NCBI GenBank assembly: GCA_002633005.1
Contig: NMRA01000862.1
Span: 52,895-116,894, forward strand
Origin: Phoronis australis
Lineage: Eukaryota > Animalia > Phoronida
DNA: 64,000 nucleotides
Reading direction: 5' to 3'
Shown here: positions 24,501 through 36,500 of the stretch, piece after piece
Layout of the letters: every line of letters starts with the position of its first letter
How positions within the stretch are numbered: the first letter of the stretch is position 1
The notes under the pieces: generated by a model
Told to the model about the DNA's origin: nothing
Databases searched by the model: none
The model's input: only the letters and a program-made list of their open reading frames with translations
Made by a program: the position numbers and the translations under genes

Positions 24501-27500
24501 CTAAGGCTCCACAGCCTGCTAGATTAGCCAATGGCCACATAGCCATATATTGCGAATGATCGCGTCATTAACTTGGTAATTCATGCCTCAATGTAATAGT
24601 TTTGCGTACTCACAATTTAACCTAGAAATAATCTCATGCGAGAACTGTTTCCCTTGTCTTCGGTATTGCCGCTGAAATATTTGGTTATAACAACGAACAC
24701 AAAGACCTGTGTCGGAGGTAGATGACGACCTACATCTGCGTTTTTGTGGAATATGCCCTAGTCTTCAAGCTGGACTTGGGAGTACCCACTGATATGGTGC
24801 TTCGGTTAACCTACCTCACAAGATGGTTTATAATTAACCTCCGAGGTGGATGTGGAAGTACCTCCCACTAAACTGCTCATCGAAGTACCATCTGGAATTG
24901 CTATTGGAGTACATAACGAATTACCATCGGAAAATCTCTTTTAACTGGATATAGGATTACACCAAAGTTGGCGAAGTTTTTCACAGTAACAGAGACAGCA
25001 TTTATAATTTTATTTCTCTGTAAAGAAATCACACACAGATGCATCTGTAGCAACACCCCCTTCAGTTGCATTAGATGGGGCCGCAACATATAGTCGGCAT
25101 CACTACGTCTCCTCAATGAAAGCAGTCTACATGTAACGAGGTACGCAGTACGAAAACCCGATCGTGGTAGATCTACTTCTTGAGAATGCTAGTTTGATAG
25201 ATATTCATTGATAATTGGGATAATTTACTATTAACTATTTTTGAAACGCAGACGAAATATAACATTTTTCATTCTAAGGAGCTTTGCCTTGAGGTAGATC
25301 AATCGATGAAGTAACGACCAGTTGGAATGCCATTTTTTAATTTTGAAACTACATGAAAAATGCTTTGGCATCAACAGAAATTCAACACCTTTACGAACAG
25401 TCCGTAAAATTACCGGTAATCAGTTAGACCTCTGTTTCAGTGGCAAGAAATCAATTTAAATAATGAAATGGACTCTGTTTTTCACGTCCTATGCCACTTT
25501 AATCTATACAGATAAAACCAAAGCTTATAGAATCCTCATCAATTCCCAATATAAATCGGTAAATAAAACAACAAGAATGGATCAACTGAAATTTGAAATT
25601 TTCGGAGGTAACAACTTCCTTTATCAACAAAAACAGAAATAAAGTAAAATCAAACACGAAATGACAATTGACATATAAGATATGGTGTAATGAAAATGAT
25701 ACCTTTTTGCGTAAAAAATTCAATGACATATTTTAAGTTTTTATGTTCAATCCATGAGGTTCTATTGTATTCAGTTTGTCTATCCAATATTGTTCTCTTT
25801 TAAGTCTGTGAGGGGTACTGGGGTGTTGGAGTTTTTCTATTATTTGTACAGAAAGATCTTGAATATTATGGTTTTTGGAATTGAAATGATTACCTACAGT
25901 ATCAGAAATGTTTTTATGTATTATGTTAAATCTATGATTACGAAACCGAGTTTGTAGATTATGTTGAGTTTGTCCTACGTATTGGATAGAACATTTTTTA
26001 CAAGTTANACAAACTGAATACAATAGAACCTCATGGATTGAACATAAAAACTTAAAATATGTCATTGAATTTTTTACGCAAAAATGTATCATTTTCATTA
26101 CACCATATCTTATATGTCAATTGTCATTTCGTGTTTGATTTTACTTTATTTCTGTTTTTGTTGATAAAGGAAGTTGTTACCTCCGAAAATTTCAAATTTC
26201 AGTTGATCCATTCTTGTTGTTTTATTTACCGATTTATATTCTTCATTTCACGAAACAATAGTATCCTTGGGAGGATCTGGATCGCCTTATTTAGTTTCAG
26301 ATATATTTTCTACGTTATTCATCAATTCCCAAAGATGCAGAACTCATTAACAACAACTCTTCGCTGTACTTGATTCTTCAAAGATCAGTGGTGTCTGTGG
26401 TCCATGTAACTCCCTTATGAAGCATTTCTTCCGACGAACAGAAACAAAGCTAGCGGTACAGATGTGCCAGACCCTTTGCTCACGCATAGCGCCATTGAAG
26501 AACCAGAACACCACTCTGTGACCTTGCATACAGATGTTTTCATGCTAGGTCTTACTTAATATTTGTGTAAACAACCTACTCTAGTGGACTGAGCTCAGAT
26601 CCTGAGCGAAATGCTAATCTTGCGCTGAGAACACTACACTCCGATTAATACTCCATGTACATTAGAAGTGTTGACGTCATGTGTAACAGCTCGTTTTTCA
26701 TTTGAAGACGTTGATCGCAGGCAGGTAAGCTGACGTGGACTACCGCCTATTTAGCAAGCTCTGATTTATCGATCAGTGGTTACTTTGTGTCAGACGATTG
26801 GCTGTGGGTTTGTTCAAAAGGTAGCTATGCTTTGGGATTGTGCGTTGATGGAGAATGAATAATCAAATCGAGTAATTAATGTATTATATCATAATCCCTA
26901 ATTAAACAAGTGAAACCTGCTGTTAGTTAAGTAATCAACTACAAAGAAGAGTAACTACGCTAGCGCCCTCTTTAAAGATTACTTCAATCAATCAACCAAA
27001 ATAATCAAATGTCCTATCTGCTATCCAAGTTAGGACTCTCCACTTGATGGATAACTGCCCTGTTGGTGTGTACTTGCTGGTCACCGTCTCTGGTGATGCA
27101 ACACTTCCAGGCAATTTCTTCTACCCGCGATTCAACTTGCTGGTCACAGTCTCTGGCTGGTGACGCAACACTTCAGGTAGTATCTTGCTACACATGATGC
27201 AAGTGACAAGCTCTTAGTTAACTTCCTGTTCGTTAACCCTTGCCCTTGCCAATCTTCCACGACATGGCTCTGTCGTACAAATTCCTCTGTACACTGTAGC
27301 AGGTCTTCATGCTTCAACTGCTATAGCTCATCTGAATATCTTGTTGACTTAAGCCCATATTATAATATTCTACGTATTTAGTAATTGGTTAATAAAAACC
27401 ACATGATCATATCCAATCATATCATTGGCTGTTACAGTTTGTTCTAAGAGTTTTCTAGAATCTCTAGAGTACTTTGACCCCAGAACCAAAAGTTGTAAAC

Positions 27501-30500
27501 ACCATTTAAAATAGATTTTGACGTTAAAGTTCATGTCAACAAGTCTGATCCCATTATTTAAAAGTACATGTGCACAAATTTTGGGCAACTTAAATGGATC
27601 TATTCTTACTAATTCCTTAATCAATATTTATACTGACAGTTTGGAATGTCAGCAACACAATGACTTCTGGACAAGGCATTCGAAACTTATTGTGTAGCCA
27701 ATCAAAAACATTCGGAAACAGTGCAGCATATGTAATTGATTGTATACCCAATCAAAAGCATTCGAACAGTCTATTCTCACACGTAACTCATTGATTTTCT
27801 TGTCGGTAACATGATACAAGGAGTTTACAGGTGGATGAGCATTTTAGAGCATCTATTGGGGCATGTCGTCTTTCAGTCTCGAATAGTCTAGGAAACGCAA
27901 CTGAAGCTACATGTAGGTCTTTATTAGGATGCCACTGCATGAGACATACTGTTAGAGCGTACATTGTATCTCTCAGCTTCTGCTGAAACGTCTGTTCCTT
28001 TTTACGTCTTTGTTTCGTGTGGGGACGACGATTGGAGAGCACCAGTCAGTCGGTTCATGGATTGTTTCTATCACACCAAGACGTGTCAACTCGTCGAGGC
28101 TAAGATGATATCAGACTAGCGCAGTACTGTCTTCAGACAAATTTATCAAAAGTCAATGTCAGAAACTGCAGTGATCTAGTTTCAATCACTTCCCAACGGA
28201 AAAGAACAAACTTTAAGAAAATGATCCAAAGACAGGATCGAGGTTCCCTCCTCCAACCACTGGCTACTAATAAACGAAAATCAATAAGGTTTCGTGACAG
28301 TTTCAGTTTAATGCTTTAAACGGTCCAGTGGACCCTATACTATTGAAACGATTTCATCGTTCAAAAAATGAGTGGTACGTATAGAAACTGGCACGTTTTG
28401 CTTTTACCCTTAGTGGTTCTTGTATACGCCGGACGTTTATTAATTTAGTTTTTGGCCTAAATACCTTGACCCAGTTTCGCGCTGAACTTTTTAGAGACTT
28501 AACGTTTACTACTGCAGTGGCGGATTTAGAAGGGGGCAAAAGGGGCCATGGCCCCCTAACATTCTCCCAGATTCCATTTGGCAATAGGGGGTGCGAATGT
28601 CTGTCTGGTAAAATCCTCGCTAATACTCTGCCATGCCCCCTTCCTCAACTCAAAATCCTGGATCCGCACCTACATGTAGGTTAAAACTACTAAGACAAAG
28701 AGATCCGTCGTTTATTGTTTTCAGCAAAACCTGAGTGCGTTGTATGTCGCGACTTACAGTTCGTAGAATATCTTGTTTTTTATTCCACCCCAGATGAATT
28801 TGATTGAAACAAGCTGTTGAAAGAAACTGGGCATTCGCCATTGACAATAGTTATCATATGTTTTCGTACATCTAAAATGTCGCTGATATTATTATTAACT
28901 GCCTCTAGTACTGTTTTATTCGTGATTTTAAAGAGATTACGGAAAACCGGAGAATTGGATTAATGAGTTGCAGCTCATAGCAGCCTGCGCTAATACGATT
29001 CTCATTTTGCGGCATGTGTGATTTTTTCTGCGTAATGTTTCAAATTTATCTGTAGTGCCTTTTGGAAATTTGTGTTTGTTTAACTCCTCAACAAAACCGA
29101 AGTTTTAATCAGGTACACACCCGGACTGCCTGTACATGACTTGGAGGCAGTCATTATAATACCGTGTATCAGCTCAGTTGTAAACAGATCATGCACGACA
29201 CTCAGTTTTGGATTAAAAGTACGCTTTTTAATTAATGAATGTTTTACATGCTGTTGTACTCAATGAAAAGAGAGCATCATTGCTCCATTCACCGAAAAAC
29301 GGACACCCTTTGTTTCGCGCAACTCTGAAAAAGAAACGATTTCTCACACTCCAATCACCTCCAATATAAATGTTGATATTTAGAGTACCTTTAGTTCAGT
29401 TTCCGAGGTAATGGTACAGCCCTTTCTATCGGCTTCTTCCGCCTGTTAATCATTTGCCGTCACAGAAAAATCATAACCCGTAAACATTCTTTGCTCTATT
29501 TCAGACCTGCAGTGTACTATTCCAGACCACCAAAAATTGTTTAAAGGAAGTACTATCAAGTCTTTGATTGTGACAAATTCTAAGACAACAACAGAGATGA
29601 ACATTGGTGACGCAGTAGGTGTTAATGAACAAGTGGAAGTCAAGTGTAACGATAACATCTTTTATAATCCAAGGGACTTCTGGTATCAACTGGCCAAGCT
29701 GAGAGGCGCTAGCTCTGTAACATGTCTGGGTGGCATGTGGTCGACTGAACCGTTCCCATCATGTGATAGTAAGTTCAATGTTAGGTTACTTGGCTCCCAG
29801 TCCATTCGTTAGATGTCCTAACATGGAAATGTTTAAGATTGTGTAGAACTCTAGAAAAAAATCTAAATTTGGCTTACTTCGGAAAACCTAGGAAAGAAGG
29901 AGACAGCGTGGTCTTGTGTGATATGTGCCCGCCTTCTTTACTCGATGTCGTGGGTTTGAGTCCCATTGAACCACACTGCTAGACCCTTGAGTCAGGTTTC
30001 TTGCTCCTCAGCTGCGTTTCAATTACAGATTTATAAAGCACAAAAATAGCTTCAGGTGATCAGTGCTATAGGCCCACGTGCGTGGCGAGCGCACGTCTGG
30101 TACAACGTGTATCAGACCGCCTGCAGTTACTTTTCAGCACCTAGGCAAACTTTCAGGAAATATTTTCTGTCTAAGCTTGGATCAAAATCAGGCTAACCCA
30201 AGACCAAAATTTGTTAGTCCCTTATTTTGCAGCAGATAGCGAACGAGTCGTTTGTATGCTCACCTAAAATGTGACTTAATTCCTGACAAAGTTTAGACCA
30301 AGGACCAAAAGCTTACATTGTGTTCATGAAACGGACTTTTCTGAAGTTGCGTCTGTGGTGTTAACTAAGCCCAAGCTTCGGTCTTAACTTGGGCACATTT
30401 TGGTCTTAACGTCGACCTCTTAATTCAGTTTTCATGAAAAGGGCCTCTTTTCTCGGAAGTGGCTGACTAGATTTACACCAATCTTTCGAAGCCATGGTTT

Positions 30501-33500
30501 ATGTCAACGTAGACTGGTATTTGAGGGATCTGCAACACTGTTTTGGGGTTTATTCTTCAAAATGTATAACAAATGAGCTTTGATCATGCTATTTATACCA
30601 TTATTTTGCTATAATTTTGTTTTCTGTTTTGGTATTGTTTAAAAGCGAAAGATTAGAACACAATTAGATATTTGACTGAGCATACAAAATTGAAGATAAC
30701 GCGTGGAACATATACTTGATTCCTGTCCTTAACATTTTTACAGAGGCGTAACTAAGTGACAGGTGAATTAAGGTTATCTCAATCTTTATTAAGTGGATTC
30801 CATTGAAACTTGTATATCAAAGAACTAATCTTTGTAAACTAGTAAAAGTATATATTTTCTGAAAGAAAAAAGGTCTGAAAGTATACAACGATATTTTGTG
30901 TTTACGTATCATTGTCATTATTATATTAAACACCTTTTTAAATCAAAGTATCATTTTTAAGAAAGTTCTTTCATAGCAAAATAATCCGTCGGTCGATTTA
31001 AGTGAAAACTACCATTTACCTCAAACTCGATGGTATGAGTTTTCGATTAGTTTTTTCGTTTTATTTCAATGACTAATCAACTCGCAAACGTAAGGTATTT
31101 TGCAAAAAAATAGAAGTCGTATTCGTCTTTGTTATATAACGCAAAAACCGAAAATTCAAACATCATTTATGAGATTGATGAATAAATATTGAGTTTGGAA
31201 AGTTTCAGCGAAATTCACCAAGCCGTTTTTGAGAACTCGTGTTCCTAACTTCAAATAAAGTCGATCTGCCGCAGCCGAGAAAAAGTCGATTAAACTGAGA
31301 CGGGTGAAAATCTCAGGTTTTCAATTGGTTAATTTTTCGATGATAACTTGATTCTTCAATATAACCCATACGTACCTAATCCATGTGAGCTATTTCAACA
31401 TTCGCACACAATTTCAACTGAATTTGCTGTGTGTAATTAACTTAATTATCTCTAAACGTACCTTCCCCAGCCCCGAGGAAAGATCAACAGTTCATCGTTA
31501 TGCACATAGTCTGTACACGTGACATGCCGGGAGAACTTACGAAACCACGTAAGAAATGGATAACAAAAATCGAAGCGATGGTTAGACCGTGTCGTTAGCA
31601 TGAGAGCGAAACAGCGAAATGTCAATTTACTTATTGAGTTAAGGAGTTTGGGTGAGGATTTATGTCTTTTCACAACTTGCTGTATTCGTGACCACAGAGG
31701 CGTTGGGGCGAGTACTACACTGTGGCATTCGTTCTCAACAGTAGTGTGCATTTAGACGCACGGCAACTCAACTCAGGATCAAAACAGTTACTACGTTTTG
31801 CCTTTGCTTATTTTTTGTTTTCCCGGCACCGTTCTATCATAAGTACGCCTTGTTGACTCAATATCATGGCGACTTGGTGAACGAAAGAACTGATGGTTCA
31901 TAAGAAGCTGCTCGGTACCTGGCGGGAGATTCGATTTGACAGCCCTGTAACCTTTGACCTCGGATAAGTTGTAAATAAATATCCACGCGGTTGTGCTGTT
32001 TCAAGGTGGTTTTAGTAAATCTTCTTTCTCACTACACGGTATGAATTTTGTATTTGAATTTCCCCGAGAATCAGGATATAAAGTGTTTTGCTAGTCGCAG
32101 GTGAAATATTGTAATTTTTTGCCAATTTTTGTGAACAAGGTTTGAGATATTAAATTAGCGTTGCGCAAGATCATTTTATCTACAACAGGTAAAATTTCAA
32201 GCACATATTTTGAGCATTGATAATGCGCTTTTACGCGTCAACAGTAGTTTTGATATACAGGTACTGCACAAAAGAATCCTGGTGATGACAGAGCGGATTT
32301 TACTGTTGTTGTCAATCAACCATTTTGCTGTTTGTGGAGCTCGAAAATTAAGACAAAACGGGACAAAGACTTTAAAAACCTTGCACAAATTCCAAATTCA
32401 ATTTTACGATCAACCATGTCTACTGTAAAGGCGACAAGCTACATGTGGGTTACATAAACAACAATCAAAGTGCGCTAAATCAGCAAATTTCATCCTCGTT
32501 CGATTAATACCGGGGTTTTCCGTAGATAAGCCCCTGGGCGTGTATTCGGAAAGCGAAAATTTTCAAGCGTCATAGTAACCGCAAAAAACGCCCGGGCGTT
32601 TATTCGGAAAAGGGGGTGTGTAAACGGAAAGTCAAAATTTTGGCCACGTAAATACCAGCATGATGCGCGATTTGCATTTTTTGTAAATGAAACAGCCCTT
32701 CTGTGTGAATTGGTAGTCTTTAAAAAGACTGCTGATACCTGTTAACAACGTTAATTGTGTAGCAACTTATCAATTTTTGCAATATCTGCCCCGTGGGACA
32801 AGAAAATTAATGTGCAAGACACTTCTAGACCTCTTTGTGGCAAAGTTGATAGCACCCAAGGTCGCTTAGTAGAAAATCTATGAACTTCGGCTTGGATACT
32901 CCCACCTCATATTGTGGAAAAATATAAGATTCGAGCGTGTGAAATTTCGGGGTCTAACGGAGCTCAACACACATTGCTACCAAGCTCATTTTGACGACTG
33001 TCTTCATGCAGGTAGCTGGCTGGTTACGTCATAACCCGCAGTATATCACACAAAGACATTGATAACTAGGAAGATTATTGTCACGGCGTGACAATAATGG
33101 ACTCTGCGCGGGCGTATTAATGGGATTGTTATGGGAAATTATTGACAGTAACCCGTTTACCAATATGAGAAGCGGTTCTTTAAAATTATAGGAGAAGTTA
33201 CATGTTAATATTTTGATGACCTTTCCACTAATTGACCCCTTCCAGTGCCTTATGAGCCCCGATGAGGGGAAAATTCTAAACTCAGTTAAAAGTGTGGTTG
33301 ATGCTAAGAATCACAGATGTTTAACTTTAAGCACTTCAGGATACAAGATGAATGAATTGGTCAAACTTTCAGAAGAAAAATGCACCTAATGACCCTATAG
33401 GTGCACCAAATGGCCTGAAAAATTAAAATTCAAACTCAATCGCATTTAGTAAACAGATTTGTAATTTTGAAGTCTCTAGCTCAAAATTTTAGTTTGCACT

Positions 33501-36500
33501 CAATGACCTTTGACCTATTTTTTCTGATTGCTTAAGCGTATTGCGTAGTAAAGTAGGGTGTTCAATTGGCATGTTGACTTACACCAGTGTGCTGAAATTG
33601 AGTCCCGATGAGGGAGTAGTTGTTAACTCGATTAAAAGTGTGGTTAATGCCAACAATCACAGATGTTTTACTTTAAGCACTTCAGAATACAAGATGAATG
33701 AAGTGGTCAAACTTTCAGAAGATGCACCTAATGACCCCATGGGTGCACCAAATGACCTGAAAATTTAGAATTCATACTCAATCGCACTTAGTAAACAGAT
33801 ATATAATTCTGAAGTCTCTAGCTCAAAATTTTAGTTTGCACTCAATGACCATTGACCTATTTTTTTTTTGATTGGTTAGGCCTATTGCGAAGTAAAGTAG
33901 GGTATTCACTTGGCATGTTGACTTACACCAGTGTGCTGAAATTGAAAAGAATTCCTTGAAAAACGTAAGAGATATAACATTTTGAACGTTACATGTCCTT
34001 TGCACTAATTGACCTTATCCGGTGCATTTTAAGCATCTTTAGGAGAATTATTGCAAAGCCCATGGAAAATGTGTTTAACGCTGAGAATCACAGTTGTCAC
34101 ATCAGAATACTTGCTGATTGAAAAGGTCAAATTTTCAGAAGAAAAATGCACCTAATGACCCCATGTTTGCACTAAATGACATGAAACTTTGGATTCCGAT
34201 TTGATTTACGTGTGTATATCAGACCTGTCAATTTGAAGTGTCTAGCTCAAAATTTTAGTTTGCACCTAATGACCTTTGATCTATTTCACCTGATTGGATG
34301 ACCTGTTTACTTAGAAAAGTAGTTTTTTAAATTGTCATGTTGGCTTATACCTGTGCACCGAATTTGAAAAAGATAGCTTTAAAACTGAAGGAGGAGTAGC
34401 ATTTTGAAAATTATATGACCTTTGCACCAAACGACCTCTTCCGGTGCAATATGGAATATGATTATATAACCAATCAAAATTAATATACTGACAAAAGTCA
34501 TTTGCTGATTTAAAGACCGTACCTTGCTTCCAATTTGGAGTTATTAAGTCTCAAAGTTGGTTGGAAGAAGAATAAGAAGTATAAGAATAAGAATAAGAAG
34601 AACTAGAAAGATTTTTGTCACGGCGTGACAATAACGGACTCTGCGCGTGCGTATTACTGGAATTATTATGGGAAGTTACTGAAGTTCTTATTGCTCTGCG
34701 CTTACACGCGCACAGTAATAAAATTGAAGAAAACCCAGGAACTACAGTACTCTGCGCTTGCACGCGCAGATTAATAAAATTTAAGAAAACCCAAGAACAA
34801 CAGTACTCTGCGCTTGCACGCGCAGAATAATTACATTTTGTCCGACGGTCACGTTCAGTCTGCGGCGGTCCTGTTTTGCGGTGGAGAGGTCGTGTTTTTT
34901 GGTGCGTCTGCTACATTTTTTTTTTTTTGTTGCGGCGGTCTTATTTGATTCCGTAGGTCCCGTTTTGTGATGAGTTGGTCCGATTTGGCGGACCGGCTGT
35001 CATGTTTTGGGTCCAGTGGTCATGTTGTTTTTCACCTTTGTATCAGTATTGGCTTGTAAACGGCGAGAAAGAATACACGCCCGCGAGGATATCGCAGCCG
35101 AGAAACTCCTGGAATTTGTATCTTCAGCCATGCGTAAAATCCCGCAATAAATCATTATAAGAGCGTTTTAAAAATGTTGCGGCAAGGTCTCTACCGTATG
35201 TCCCAACGCCCGGATTCGCGAACACATGGGGTACAACGCGGGTATCTAAGAGATGGATGGCAAGTCGCGGGATCCCTTCAGCGACTCGGAGGTGGAAAGA
35301 AGTTTGGAGGAGCGGATGGATGAAAACATTAACATGGACTGAATACATGTAGATTAAGAGGTTTAATGACTGATTTTTTATTTAAAACTGTTTTCAAAAA
35401 TTTTATGCTAATAAATGCGTAGTTTGGCAACACTTCATTCGTTTTTATAATTGATAAATGCTCCACAAAACTGACTTTGTGGCTAAAAGTTGACGCTGAA
35501 TGGACTTTTAAGAGGAAATTTTCCAAATAAACGCCCCACTATCTGGACACTTGACACGAGAAGTTGCAACACCAGCATAATTTTCCGAATAAACGCACAT
35601 GGGCGTTTCATCGGCTGCGCTTATCTACGGAAAACCCCGGTAACCAACATGACATGCTTCAATTAAAAGTCAACTTCAACGCTATGTGTATTTATTTTGG
35701 TGATGCGATACACATTTTAGGAATTCGATTAGATTCCATTATTGTTAGGAAGGGTACGATTATTCATGTTTGTTAAATTAATTCTTTTTAATTATAGTTA
35801 ACTTACTCTCCTGTTGATGTTAGCAACACCATTTTTAAACATGATCCAGCGAATGTGTTTTTTAATATCTGAATTACATGTATGCTTTTCAAAAGATGCA
35901 AGTAAATAATAACTTTTTAAAACCCAAAACTGTCAGTTAAAATTAAATGTAAGTATCAAATCTAAACTACATTGGCTTATTAATTGCAATTTCATGTGAA
36001 CTCCCTGTTTTCCTCTATTTTTTGCACATAGTTAATTGGTGCTACGTAACGAACATCACTGTGGAAGGAGCCCAGATGGCGTACAACACCGCTTTTTTTG
36101 ATTGCGCTATTTCACCGGATGAGTGGAGAGCTGTGAAATTCGTTGACAACGGATTCGACTGCGGCATAGTCGACTTCGATTGCGATACTGGTAAACTGCT
36201 TCAAAATGGAACGAAGACATTCAAATGTGGCGACAACGGCATGTTTGACCACAATTACATACGTTGTGCAGGTAAGTAAGCGTACTTGACACATGTATGG
36301 ATTGCTGGCACGTCCTCAGGTCTTTACCGCCATGTGTTGAGTAGACGGCTGCGCAGTATTTTGTGGAAATTGTTAACGCCTTTGAAATCAGTGGTACGTG
36401 TAAGCTTTATAGATATATTATATGTGCAAATACATGTAAATAGGGCATAATTTTTTTCTGTCATATTCGTGGGCCTGTGATTTCCACTTTGCCAAATGGC

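Noticed and set aside
25499-26373. Repeated hydrophobic [11 protein letters not shown]... (also at 62181)
   Set aside because: It is a translation of the T-rich Penelope 3' tail, not evidence of a membrane protein. The 121-aa ORF across the N is chimeric.
26335-26540. Minus-strand [10 protein letters not shown]... resembling a Kolobok H2CH region
   Set aside because: Too short and decayed to support without a search.
33240-34450. Regularly spaced repeats considered as CRISPR-like or coding
   Set aside because: They are long contiguous units without unique spacers in eukaryotic DNA, explained as internal repeats of a mobile element.
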